DNA of 32,564 nt from Saprospiraceae bacterium (GCA_047631875.1 JBLIAZ010000003.1:1-32564), one strand, 5' to 3'; shown: positions 6,537 to 15,983, counted from the first letter of the stretch. Translations and numbers: made by a program. Notes: generated by a model from the letters alone, not told the origin.

Positions 6537-9299
6537 TTGATTTTGAGTAAAATAAGTAATGTTAAAATTGATCTTGAAAAGCTAGATGCTAAAAAAAACA
6601 TCTTGATAAAGGGTGCTCGTCAGCACAATTTAAAAAACATTGATGTAGTCATTCCAAGAAACACTTTTACCGTAATTACAGGAGTGAGTGGTTCAGGTAA
6701 GTCGACTTTAGCATTTGATACTTTGTATGCTGAAGGTCAAAGGAGGTACGTGGAAAGCCTGTCTTCTTATGCTCGTCAATTCTTAGCACGACTAGACAAG
6801 CCTGAGGTGGATTACATTAAAGGGATTTCTCCAGCCATTGCCATCGAGCAAAAAGTGATTTCAAAAAATTCAAGATCAAGTGTAGGCACCATCACGGAAA
6901 TATACGATTACTTGAAAGTACTGTATGCCAGGTTAGGGAAAATTATTTCCCCGGTAACAGGAAAAGAGGTGATTGCTGAATCTACAGATGAGATAGTGAA
7001 AAAATTATTGTATTACAAAGGTGAAAAAGCCATTGTATATGTGCCATCGCGGTTTTTGAAAGACAAAGAAGTGGATGAGTTGATTGCCGAGGGCTACTCT
7101 AGAGCCAGAGTTGGTGCTGATTTTTGCACTTTGGAATCCTTAAAAAAGCAGGACAAAGGAACTTTTGATTTGGTATTAGACAGGATAAAGGTCACTACTG
7201 ATGAGGATTTTATTTCGGCGGTGAAAGACAGTATTGAGGATGTTTATTTATTGACGGATGGGTATTGTGCAATAGACGTATGGAAAGGAAAAGAGGTGGT
7301 GACACTGAATTTTTCGGATCACATTGAAGAGGACGGGGTGATGTTTGAAGAGCCGCACGTTAATTTATTTAACCACAACAGTCCAACAGGTGCTTGTCCT
7401 ACATGTGAAGGATATGGTCAAACACTTGGGGTCAGTGAAAGCCTGGTGGTGCCTGATGTGTCAAAGTCTGTTTATGGTGGTGCTGTAGCTTGCTGGAATA
7501 CACCAAATCAATTAAAATGGAAGGACAACTTCATTAAAACTGCTGCCGAAATAGAGTTTCCAATTCACAGAGCTTACTATGAATTAGACAAGGATCAAAA
7601 AGAACTTTTGTGGAAAGGGGGATATGGTGTACAAGGAATTGACGCTTTTTTTTCACAAAAACAAAAGGAAATTTATAAAATTCAGAACAGGGTTTTGATC
7701 TCACGGTATAAGGGTCGAGCATTGTGTCCTGAGTGCAATGGAGCGAAATTAAGAAAAGAGGCTTTGTATGTCAAAATTCAAGACAAGACAATTGCTGATA
7801 TCACCTCTTTGAACATTCAAAAAACCCATGATTGGATATCAACGCTTAATTTTAAAGGGGACGAACTAAAAATTGCAGACAGGCTTGTACATGAAATTAC
7901 TAGCCGGCTCGAGTTTTTGATTAACGTGGGTGTGCCTTATATTACTTTGGATAGGTCGGCAAGTACTTTAAGTGGAGGGGAAAGCCAGAGGATAAACTTA
8001 GCCAGTTCGTTGGGGTCTTCTTTAGTGGGAGCATTGTATGTTTTGGACGAGCCTTCTATTGGGTTACATCCCAAGGACACTCGAAAACTAATAAAAGTGC
8101 TTAAGCAATTAAACCAGTTGGGAAACACTGTAGTGGTGGTCGAACATGACGAGGACATCATTCGTTCGGCATCGTACTTAATTGACATAGGTCCATTGGC
8201 TGGAAGTTTGGGCGGGGAACTTGTTTTTCAAGGAAAAGTATCCGAAATGTTGAGCAGCAATTCTTTGACAGCAAAGTACTTGAGTGGCGCGTTGAAAGTA
8301 GGTAAAGATGGAAAGGGAGTGACTTCTAAAAAAAGCATCAAACTTAAGCATGCATACTTACATAACTTACAAATAGAGGAGATTACTTTTCCGCTTAATA
8401 CCTTAACTGTCGTAATGGGAATGAGTGGTTCAGGTAAGTCTACTTTGTTGTTGGAGGAGTTGGTTCCTCAGGTAAGGTCCTATTTGAATTCAGGAACTAC
8501 ATCGAAACTAAGTGGAGATTTGGATTTAATTAAACATTTAGAATATGTGAATCAAAACCCTATTGGTAGATCGTCCAGGTCTAATCCTGTAACGTACATT
8601 AAAGCATATGATGATATCAGGGCTATGTTTGCAGCGCAGCCAATGTCTATGTTAAGAGGTTATAAGCCAGGGTTTTTCTCGTTGAATGTACCGGGAGGGA
8701 GGTGCGAGCACTGTCAAGGAGAAGGACAAGTGACTGTTGAAATGCAGTTCATGGCCGATTTAAAGATAAAATGTACGGAGTGCGAGGGTAAAAAGTTTAA
8801 AGATGAAATATTAGAGGTTCATTATCAAGGATTAAGCATTGGTGAAGTATTGGATTTGACAGTGGAAGATGCCATAGCATTATTTGAATCAGCAAGTAGT
8901 GATAAAAAGATAAGCTTTGAATCAAAAATCATTGCTAAAATGAATCCATTGAAAGCCGTTGGATTGTCCTACATTAAACTTGGACAAGCTTCCAGCACGT
9001 TAAGTGGGGGGGAAGCGCAACGGGTAAAGTTGGCATTTTTTCTCATTAAAGGCAATGTGCAAAAACACACTTTGTTTATTTTCGATGAACCGACCACAGG
9101 ATTACATTTTCATGATGTAAATCAATTGTTATACTCCTTTACGCAGCTCATTGAACAAGGTCATACAGTTTTTGTGATTGAACACAACATGGATGTGGCT
9201 AAATGCTCTGATCATTTGATTGAGTTGGGCCCTGAGGGAGGTGATGGAGGCGGTCAAATTACCTTTCAGGGAAGTGCAAGGGATTTTTTTAAAAGTTAG
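6537..9299 (+). CDS. uvrA: Excinuclease ABC subunit A (probably the second Bacteroidota UvrA paralogue)
   Basis: Two Walker A motifs (GVSGSGKST, GMSGSGKST), two LSGGE signatures, EGQRRYVESLS and CxxC zinc ligands. The TTG start is uncertain. Confidence 0.93.
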   Translation: MILSKISNVKIDLEKLDAKKNILIKGARQHNLKNIDVVIPRNTFTVITGVSGSGKSTLAFDTLYAEGQRRYVESLSSYARQFLARLDKPEVDYIKGISPAIAIEQKVISKNSRSSVGTITEIYDYLKVLYARLGKIISPVTGKEVIAESTDEIVKKLLYYKGEKAIVYVPSRFLKDKEVDELIAEGYSRARVGADFCTLESLKKQDKGTFDLVLDRIKVTTDEDFISAVKDSIEDVYLLTDGYCAIDVWKGKEVVTLNFSDHIEEDGVMFEEPHVNLFNHNSPTGACPTCEGYGQTLGVSESLVVPDVSKSVYGGAVACWNTPNQLKWKDNFIKTAAEIEFPIHRAYYELDKDQKELLWKGGYGVQGIDAFFSQKQKEIYKIQNRVLISRYKGRALCPECNGAKLRKEALYVKIQDKTIADITSLNIQKTHDWISTLNFKGDELKIADRLVHEITSRLEFLINVGVPYITLDRSASTLSGGESQRINLASSLGSSLVGALYVLDEPSIGLHPKDTRKLIKVLKQLNQLGNTVVVVEHDEDIIRSASYLIDIGPLAGSLGGELVFQGKVSEMLSSNSLTAKYLSGALKVGKDGKGVTSKKSIKLKHAYLHNLQIEEITFPLNTLTVVMGMSGSGKSTLLLEELVPQVRSYLNSGTTSKLSGDLDLIKHLEYVNQNPIGRSSRSNPVTYIKAYDDIRAMFAAQPMSMLRGYKPGFFSLNVPGGRCEHCQGEGQVTVEMQFMADLKIKCTECEGKKFKDEILEVHYQGLSIGEVLDLTVEDAIALFESASSDKKISFESKIIAKMNPLKAVGLSYIKLGQASSTLSGGEAQRVKLAFFLIKGNVQKHTLFIFDEPTTGLHFHDVNQLLYSFTQLIEQGHTVFVIEHNMDVAKCSDHLIELGPEGGDGGGQITFQGSARDFFKS

Positions 9300-9302
9300 G
9301 TT

Positions 9303-9341
9303 AAAAAAATAACCTGAGTCTGATATAAATCAAACTCAGGT
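9303..9341 (-). terminator. Rho-independent terminator downstream of the T9SS cargo gene
   Basis: Minus strand reads ACCTGAGTTTGAT-TTAT-ATCAGACTCAGGT followed by TATTTTTTT. Lies between convergent genes. Confidence 0.75.
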
Positions 9342-9454
9342 CATTGGTGAATAGCAATTAGCTTGGTTGAAACCTTACGTACTTATTATTAAACTTTCAA
9401 ATCATGTATAAATCATTTTGGCTTACCTCCAAAAATGCTAATTCATTCTTATTA

Positions 9455-10393
9455 CTATTTTACAAATAGTTTTTTTGTTTCCAAGTTAGTTTTGACAACA
9501 TAAACACCCGTGGTTAAAGTACTAACATCGATACTTGAGACGTTAACTTCTGACAATAATAATTGTCCTAAGCTGTTATAAACTTGTACGGTTTCCAATT
9601 GAGTAGAAAAATTCACTGTTTGTCCATTTGATGGATTTGGGTACATTGAAAAATCATCAATAGATACTGAACTTGTAGAAGCAGCAGATCCAAGCCCAAT
9701 TTTTACTGAGTTTACACTCACAGATACATCTGAGATTGCTTCTGGTTCCCATCCGTTCGCTTCTGGTTGCACAGCATTAACAAATGTAAGGTCTAGTCCT
9801 ACAACTTGTGTGAAATCCAAACCACTAGTTAAAGTTGCATTACCATTTACCCATACCTTGTGATTTCCGCCAGTAAAATCTCCTTCAAGAGTTTTAGTTT
9901 CTCCAGGAGCTATAGATACTAAGGCATAGTTTGCTCCAACATTGTTCGAGTTAATTACTTTCTTATTGACATCACTGATTGCCACATTGAAGTAGATACT
10001 TGTAGTAGAAGAGTTATTTGTTACTTCAATTTCAAATGTGGCATTTTGTGATAAATCAAGTTTTGTTGAAAGCCCCATAGGTTGCCAGCACTTACTTCCT
10101 TGGGTTACTATCACATCCATTTTTCCATTACCACTTCGAGTAACATCTGTTTTGTGATCTAAAAAACATTGCTCCAAATTCGTGGCGGCATTAGCGGTTG
10201 GGTCAGTTCCTAAAGCTGCTTTTCCCCACCAGTATGCTCCCTCAGGTAACATTGGGTCTACTGGATTAACTTCGCTGTATTCAGCTGCTGTAGCAAAATC
10301 ATCATACAATGATGTTGCCGTGTAACCTGGTGTTTGCGCAGTAGCTGAAAGTGCTATTGCAAAAATTGATAAAATAGTAATTGTTCTTTTCAT
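9455..10393 (-). CDS. Secreted protein with a T9SS type A C-terminal sorting domain
   Basis: Sec signal peptide (..LSATA/Q), Ser/Thr linker, and CTD motifs MYPNPS, VYNSLGQ, IDVSTLTTGVYVV, TKKLFVK. Confidence 0.9.
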   Translation of the reverse strand: MKRTITILSIFAIALSATAQTPGYTATSLYDDFATAAEYSEVNPVDPMLPEGAYWWGKAALGTDPTANAATNLEQCFLDHKTDVTRSGNGKMDVIVTQGSKCWQPMGLSTKLDLSQNATFEIEVTNNSSTTSIYFNVAISDVNKKVINSNNVGANYALVSIAPGETKTLEGDFTGGNHKVWVNGNATLTSGLDFTQVVGLDLTFVNAVQPEANGWEPEAISDVSVSVNSVKIGLGSAASTSSVSIDDFSMYPNPSNGQTVNFSTQLETVQVYNSLGQLLLSEVNVSSIDVSTLTTGVYVVKTNLETKKLFVK

Positions 10394-10468
10394 GTTATCA
10401 TTGATGTTAGTTAGTAAATTATGTTTGAGACAAACTTACTAGCTAACATCAATGATGACAAGAAAAGA
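10385..10468. repeat. 33-bp imperfect inverted repeat (30/33) spanning the promoter and start codon of the T9SS cargo gene
   Basis: Arms at 10385-10417 and 10436-10468 with an 18-nt spacer. Confidence 0.9.
10431..10461 (-). promoter_or_regulatory. Sigma-A promoter TTG-N20-TAAGTTTG for the T9SS cargo gene
   Basis: -33 TTG at 10461-10459 and -7 TAAGTTTG at 10438-10431. Confidence 0.65.
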
Positions 10469-10528
10469 CCACTGACTAAACACCTCCTGATAGTAAATAT
10501 TTAGTAATCTTAAAATTGGATGTATTTT

Positions 10529-11698
10529 TTACTTAGAAATGACTCCCGAGCCAATTAATTGATCGTTTTCATACCAGGCAGCAAATTGACCGGCTGCAAT
10601 ACTCATTTGAGATTGTTCGAAAATTAAGGAAAGTCCACTTTCTTCTTGATGTAAAATTACTTTTGTTAAAGGTTGGCGGTAACGAATTCTTGCCAAGTAT
10701 TCTTTTTGCTCTCCCACCTCAAGTTTTAAATCCTCCCTTAACCAATGAGTTTCACTTTTTTCAATGAATAATCCTTTCCTCAACAATCCAGGGTGCTCTT
10801 TTCCTTGACCTACGTACAGTATATTTTCAATGACATTTGTAGCTATCACAAACAAAGGTTCTGTTTTGCCGCCCACACCAATCCCTTTTCTTTGACCTAT
10901 TGTGAAATAATGAGCACCATTATGCGAGCCTATTACTTTACCGTCTGATTTAATGTATTCGTGTGGTTGGATTTGGTCGACAACTGAGGTTTGGTCAACT
11001 GCGTATTTGTCAAAATCAGAAGGTATTTCTACAATGTCACCCTTTCTAGAAGCGAGTTTTTGCTGTAAAAAGTCAGGTAAATGTACTTTTCCTATAAAAC
11101 ATAAGCCTTGAGAATCCTTTTTGTCAGCAGTAATAAAATCCTGTTCCGTTGCGGTTTTTCGCACTTCACTTTTTTGTAATTCTCCAATTGGGAAAAGAGC
11201 TTTTGATAATTGCTTTTGATTAAGTTGACATAAAAAATAACTTTGGTCTTTTCCTTTGTCTAGCCCCGAAAGCAGTTGATGTTGTGTTTTTCCGTTGACT
11301 TCAATGGTCTTTTTTCTGCAATAATGACCTGTGGCAACAAAATCAGCACCCAACTCTAACGCCTTGTCTAAAAACACATCAAATTTTATTTCACGGTTGC
11401 ACAACACGTCTGGATTAGGAGTTCGACCTTTTTTGTACTCTGAAAACATGTAGTCCACAATCCTTTCCTTGTATATTTTAGAAAAATCTATCACTTGAAA
11501 AGGAATGTTGAGTTTTTCGGCAACAAGTAATGCGTCGGTACTGTCTTCAATCCAAGGACATTCTGCTTCAAGGGTGACCGAAGCGTCATCCCAATTCCGC
11601 ATAAATAAAGCAATGACTTCATGACCTTGTTCAACTAACAGGTGCGCAGCAACGCTGGAATCTACACCTCCACTTAATCCGACAACTATTTTTGCCAT
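10529..11698 (-). CDS. mnmA: tRNA 2-thiouridine(34) synthase
   Basis: SGGVDS PP-loop, [40 protein letters not shown] and AGQFA. Confidence 0.97.
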   Translation of the reverse strand: MAKIVVGLSGGVDSSVAAHLLVEQGHEVIALFMRNWDDASVTLEAECPWIEDSTDALLVAEKLNIPFQVIDFSKIYKERIVDYMFSEYKKGRTPNPDVLCNREIKFDVFLDKALELGADFVATGHYCRKKTIEVNGKTQHQLLSGLDKGKDQSYFLCQLNQKQLSKALFPIGELQKSEVRKTATEQDFITADKKDSQGLCFIGKVHLPDFLQQKLASRKGDIVEIPSDFDKYAVDQTSVVDQIQPHEYIKSDGKVIGSHNGAHYFTIGQRKGIGVGGKTEPLFVIATNVIENILYVGQGKEHPGLLRKGLFIEKSETHWLREDLKLEVGEQKEYLARIRYRQPLTKVILHQEESGLSLIFEQSQMSIAAGQFAAWYENDQLIGSGVISK

Positions 11699-12798
11699 CA
11701 GTCGTTGCTTTTTGTTTCGTAGACTTTATTCAAAAATTTAGAATTTTTCCGAACTTCATTTAATATTATTTTCACCACACTCCAAGCAGGAATTGCAACA
11801 ATTAGTCCTGGAATGCCCCAAAGGTTTCCGAAAACCATGACAATCAGAAAGATTTCTAATGGATGAGCATTGACACTTTTACCATATATATACGGTTGGA
11901 ATAAGATGTTATCCAATAATTGAACAATGATAAACACCAAGAATCCTTTTCCTAATAACGCGAAAACTGTTTCAATGCAGTCTGGAGTTCCAGAACAGTA
12001 AGTAAAACTGATGATGGTTAAGCCAAAAACGATCCCTATCAGTGGTCCAATGTAGGGGACTACATTAAATATTGCCGCCACCATAGCTATGATGATAAAG
12101 TATTTTACATCTACAATATACAAGCCCACACTTAAGCATAAAAAGACAGCCAACACTTCAACGCATATTCCAATAAAATAACGTGTCAATTTTGTTTTGA
12201 TTTCAGGTAGTATTCCGGAGGCATCATGACGATACCTATCTGGCATGATGGTTTTTGCTTTTTCAAAAAACATTCTTCCGTCTTTCAAAAAGAAAAAAGT
12301 AATGAATGACAATGCGAAAAAGTACATTAAGAAATTGCCTGTAAGACTGGTGATGGCGTTCACCCAATGAGAGAAACTTGCAAAGTTCACAATGCTCACA
12401 ATTTTTTCTCGACTGTATTCTTCAATAGAAAAATGTTTGTTAGTGTATTCAAAAATTAATCCTTCAATTTTTTCGATTGGCTCTTGTGTCTTTGTAAGTA
12501 TATCATTGGGATTAATACTTGAGAGGTATTGTGCTTCCTTGCTTATGAAAGGAAGAGCAACCAAAAGGGCAACGGTGACAACTGTATAAAAGCTGGCAAG
12601 TGTTAACAGTGAGGCAACTCCTTTTCCAATTTTAAATTTCTTGTGTTTTATTTTTTGAAAAAGTTTAACCAAAGGTGAGCCAATGATTGCAAAGACAGCA
12701 CTTATAGCTACGTATACTAATATACTTCTGAATAGGAAAAAAAGAATGCCAAACAGTACAGTCGTAAAAGTTGCTATTAATATTTCGTTTTTATTCAT
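11698..12798 (-). CDS. AI-2E family transporter (PerM-like)
   Basis: Multiple TM segments, with [17 protein letters not shown] and HPLEI...[11 protein letters not shown] motifs. TGATG overlap with mnmA. Confidence 0.9.
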   Translation of the reverse strand: MNKNEILIATFTTVLFGILFFLFRSILVYVAISAVFAIIGSPLVKLFQKIKHKKFKIGKGVASLLTLASFYTVVTVALLVALPFISKEAQYLSSINPNDILTKTQEPIEKIEGLIFEYTNKHFSIEEYSREKIVSIVNFASFSHWVNAITSLTGNFLMYFFALSFITFFFLKDGRMFFEKAKTIMPDRYRHDASGILPEIKTKLTRYFIGICVEVLAVFLCLSVGLYIVDVKYFIIIAMVAAIFNVVPYIGPLIGIVFGLTIISFTYCSGTPDCIETVFALLGKGFLVFIIVQLLDNILFQPYIYGKSVNAHPLEIFLIVMVFGNLWGIPGLIVAIPAWSVVKIILNEVRKNSKFLNKVYETKSND

Positions 12799-12824
12799 GA
12801 AATCTCAATTTATTGTACCTGTTA

Positions 12825-12832
12825 CAAAAGTA
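12825..12832 (-). promoter_or_regulatory. -7 element (TACTTTTG) for the AI-2E/mnmA genes
   Basis: TAnnTTTG match 26 nt upstream of the ATG at 12798. No well-spaced -33 element was found. Confidence 0.45.
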
Positions 12833-12836
12833 ACAA

Positions 12837-13286
12837 TTAAGCTGATTTCAAGGCTTCCCAAATCAAATTTGATTCATATCCTTTGTTATAAAGAAAGTTG
12901 GCGATTTTCTTTTGATTAATTGGACTTGTGGAATTACCTAGTTGTTTGCCTTTTTTATTGATGAGTTTACATATTGTACTCTTGTAATCTTCTTCGTTAA
13001 TTTCTAGCATGCCTTTTTTAATGCAGTAGTCAGAAACTTTCTTTCGTTTCAATTCCATGTTTATCCTTGCGCGCCCCCAATCTTTATAATAAAATTTGCC
13101 ACGAGCGTAGCTGGTGGCAAATCTTTCTTCATTTAAAAACTTGTCCGATATTAAATCGGTAAGTATACTTTCAATAGATTCATGTGGAGCTCCAATGTCG
13201 TAAAGTTTATTTCTAACTTCTTGTTGACACCTGTCTTGGTAAGCGCAATACTTCATTGCCTTTTTTAGGGCTTCTCCATGAGTCAC
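12837..13286 (-). CDS. recX: Regulatory protein RecX
   Basis: YCAYQDRCQQEVRNKL, FLNEERFATSY, WGRARINMELKRK and FLYNKGYE. GTG start. Confidence 0.9.
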   Translation of the reverse strand: MTHGEALKKAMKYCAYQDRCQQEVRNKLYDIGAPHESIESILTDLISDKFLNEERFATSYARGKFYYKDWGRARINMELKRKKVSDYCIKKGMLEINEEDYKSTICKLINKKGKQLGNSTSPINQKKIANFLYNKGYESNLIWEALKSA

Positions 13287-13287
13287 T

Positions 13288-14832
13288 TTATAAATTAAGC
13301 TCTTGTCCTTTTACATTGTATACATGATGTTCCAAGATGTCATTGTCGTACAATGAAAGGATTTTGATTTTTACACCATATTTCTTTTGCCACTTATACC
13401 TTAAGGAAAACATCCCTTTGGTCATGTAAGCTGCTAAAAAAGGATGTAAACCAATGCTTATCTTTTTTTGTTTGCTTTTGTCAATCGTTGAAATTTTACT
13501 TTCAAGGATATCAATGTGGTTGATGGTTGCTTCTATCTTTCCAGAACCTTGACAGGAAGGGCACATTTCGGTGTTCACCATTTTTGTCAATGGACGAACT
13601 CTTTGACGTGTAATTTCAATTAGGCCGAATTTACTTGGAGGAGTGATACTATGCTTTGCACGATCATCCTTCATGAATTCTTTCATTTTTTGAAACAAAA
13701 GTTTTCGGTTTGCTGAACTCCTCATGTCGATAAAATCAACAACAATGATTCCTCCCATGTCTCTTAAACGAAGCTGTCTAGCAATTTCCTGAGCAGCATC
13801 AATGTTTACTGCTAGTGCATTTTCCTCTTGACTTTTTCCTTTTTGACTTCGGTTACCACTGTTCACATCAATGACATGACAAGCTTCGGTGTGCTCAATT
13901 ACAAGATAAATTCCGTTTGACAAGGTAGCTGTCTTTCCAAATGAATTTTTAATTTGTTTGGAAATTTTATTCTTTTCAAAAATAGGTAATTGACCATCGT
14001 AATACTCTACAATTTTAGCTTTTTCAGGAGCTACTTGCTGCAAGTAATCTTTTATTTCATCGTACAATACAGGATCATCAACAGCAATTCTTTCAAAAGA
14101 ATTGTTGACAATATCTCTTACGATTGTTGAAGTTCTACTAAGTTCTCCAAGTACCCTGTCTTTAGGCTTTGCTGATTTTAAATTACCGTATAAAACCTCC
14201 CACTTTTTAAGTAAATCTTTCAAGTCAGCCTCTAATTCAGAAGATTTTACGTCAATTGCATTTGTTCTGACAATGACTCCGAAGTTTTTAGGTTTAATAC
14301 CTCTTAACAATTTTTTGAGACGCTCTTTTTCCTTTGTTTTTGGTATTTTCTGGGAAACAGAGATTCTGTCTGAAAATGGAACAAGTACTAAAAATCGTCC
14401 AGCAATGGAGATTTCTGTTCCTATTCTTGGACCTTTAGTAGATATTGGTTCTTTGGCTACTTGAACCACTAATTCTTGTCCGCTTTTCACTAAAGAATCA
14501 ATTGATCCTTCTTTACTAATGTCCTTGTCTCTTTTAAAATACAAGAGATTTGACGTTTTTTCTTTGCCTTTCCGGGTGTTCTCTACATATTTACTTAAGG
14601 AGGTAAACTGTGGTCCTAAATCAAAGTAATGAAGGAAAGCATCTTTTTCATATCCTACATCAACAAATGCTGCGTTTAAACCTGGAAGCACTTTTCTTAC
14701 CTTTCCAAGGTAAATGTCTCCAACAACATATTTAGTATTCTTAGGCTCTTTTTGAAGCTCTACAAGTTTTTTATCCTTAAGTAATGCAATTACAACATCC
14801 GAAGGCGTTGAACTAATAACTAATTCGTACAC
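13288..14832 (-). CDS. rng: Rne/Rng family ribonuclease (RNase G-sized, no long C-terminal scaffold)
   Basis: S1 domain (GDIYLGKV...AAFVDVG), KEPISTKGPR, VIDVNSG, RLRDMGGIIVVDFIDM and CPSCQGSG Zn-link. GTG start. Confidence 0.93.
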   Translation of the reverse strand: MYELVISSTPSDVVIALLKDKKLVELQKEPKNTKYVVGDIYLGKVRKVLPGLNAAFVDVGYEKDAFLHYFDLGPQFTSLSKYVENTRKGKEKTSNLLYFKRDKDISKEGSIDSLVKSGQELVVQVAKEPISTKGPRIGTEISIAGRFLVLVPFSDRISVSQKIPKTKEKERLKKLLRGIKPKNFGVIVRTNAIDVKSSELEADLKDLLKKWEVLYGNLKSAKPKDRVLGELSRTSTIVRDIVNNSFERIAVDDPVLYDEIKDYLQQVAPEKAKIVEYYDGQLPIFEKNKISKQIKNSFGKTATLSNGIYLVIEHTEACHVIDVNSGNRSQKGKSQEENALAVNIDAAQEIARQLRLRDMGGIIVVDFIDMRSSANRKLLFQKMKEFMKDDRAKHSITPPSKFGLIEITRQRVRPLTKMVNTEMCPSCQGSGKIEATINHIDILESKISTIDKSKQKKISIGLHPFLAAYMTKGMFSLRYKWQKKYGVKIKILSLYDNDILEHHVYNVKGQELNL

Positions 14833-15017
14833 GCTTTTCTATTTAAATGTGAGAAGTCAATTGCAATTTCACTAAATAAAGGTGTGCAATACTCCGTAAT
14901 TGAAACTTAAACCCCGTTAATAGGATGCTTATTTATGGTATAAACAGGCTGCGTGGTTTGCTTAAAGTAAGCATATATCACAGCTTGATAAAAGCAGCTA
15001 TAAACAGTAGGGGTTTG

Positions 15018-15068
15018 TTTTAACCTATAAACTCAAAGTCTTGTGAACTTTGAGTTTATAGGTTAAAA
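15018..15068. repeat. Perfect 22-bp inverted repeat (hairpin with no U-tract)
   Basis: TTTTAACCTATAAACTCAAAGT (15018-15039), 7-nt loop, ACTTTGAGTTTATAGGTTAAAA (15047-15068). Confidence 0.9.
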
Positions 15069-15076
15069 GAAGTTAT

Positions 15077-15169
15077 TTATTTCTTCTTTTTATGTCTGTT
15101 TTTTCTTAGACGCTTTTTCCTCTTGTGGGTAGCCATCTTATGTCTTTTTCTTTTCTTTCCGCTTGGCAT
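15077..15169 (-). CDS. 30-aa basic protein, ribosomal protein bS22 / AURKAIP1-COX24 (mS38-like) family; missing from the ORF track
   Basis: Manual translation gives MPSGKKRKRHKMATHKRKKRLRKNRHKKKK*. Preceded by an A-rich Bacteroidota-type initiation region and co-oriented with hup, the TPR gene and rng. Confidence 0.85.
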   Translation of the reverse strand: MPSGKKRKRHKMATHKRKKRLRKNRHKKKK

Positions 15170-15191
15170 AGCTTTGTTTTTTAATTAATAT

Positions 15192-15689
15192 CTATTTTTT
15201 TAATGTCTTAATTCTGTTTCTAACGTCCTCAATTATAATTGAATCCGTGTTAAAGTTAATAAAAGTTTGATAAGCATTGACTGCTTTATCTGAGTTCTTA
15301 TTCATTTCATAGGCCTGAGCCAATAAATACCAATATTGAGGTGCTTCAGGATTCAATTCCGTAAGCTTTAAAAATCGTGGAATCGCTTTTTCAAACTGAC
15401 TAGTTTTCAAAGAGAAATCACCAAGATAAAAAAGGGCCTGTTCATTGCTCGGATCATTTGCTACTACAGCCTTAAGAAGTCCAATTCCTTCCATAGGAGT
15501 GCCGCCACCATCACCTTGCATTATTTTTAAAGCTTTTTCAATTTTCTCCTCGTTACTCAAACTTGCACCTTCTTCGCTTTTCTTTTCAAGCTCAATTGTG
15601 CGGTAATTTGCATTTGGAGTTGGTAAAATATATAAAAGAACAACTGCAGACAGGGCGCTAACAATAAGTATTACTTGTTTCCAACCCAT
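15192..15689 (-). CDS. Membrane-anchored tetratricopeptide repeat protein
   Basis: N-terminal TM helix and TPR patterns (ALFYLG...AIPRFLKLTELNP, YWYLLAQAY...AVNAYQ). Confidence 0.8.
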   Translation of the reverse strand: MGWKQVILIVSALSAVVLLYILPTPNANYRTIELEKKSEEGASLSNEEKIEKALKIMQGDGGGTPMEGIGLLKAVVANDPSNEQALFYLGDFSLKTSQFEKAIPRFLKLTELNPEAPQYWYLLAQAYEMNKNSDKAVNAYQTFINFNTDSIIIEDVRNRIKTLKK

Positions 15690-15698
15690 CTTAACTAA

Positions 15699-15983
15699 CT
15701 ATTTAACTTTACTTTTTACTCTTTCGGTAAAAGTTTTTGCTGGTTTAAAAGAAGGCACGTTGTGAGCAGGTATAATGATGGTAGTATTTTTTGAAATGTT
15801 CCGACCAGTTTTTTCAGCTCTTCTTTTTACAATAAAGCTTCCAAACCCTCTTAAGTAAACGTTTTCACCTTCAGTCAATGATACTTTGATCGACTTCATA
15901 AAAGCTTCTACTGTGGCTTGTACTGCTACTTTTTCGATTCCTGTCTTGTCAGAAATTTGACTAACGATGTCTGCTTTTGTCAT
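15699..15983 (-). CDS. hup: HU/IHF family DNA-binding protein
   Basis: MTKADIV, VYLRGFGSF, RNI and PSFKPAK. Confidence 0.93.
   Translation of the reverse strand: MTKADIVSQISDKTGIEKVAVQATVEAFMKSIKVSLTEGENVYLRGFGSFIVKRRAEKTGRNISKNTTIIIPAHNVPSFKPAKTFTERVKSKVK

Noticed and set aside
10385-10468. Invertible (phase-variable) promoter interpretation of the inverted repeat
   Set aside because: The spacer is only 18 nt, too short for a typical inverton, and no recombinase is in the window.
14909-15016. 6S RNA or SRP RNA
   Set aside because: There is no SRP CAGG-GNRA-AGCAG helix 8 and no zapA/rny context. The shape alone is insufficient without an Rfam scan.
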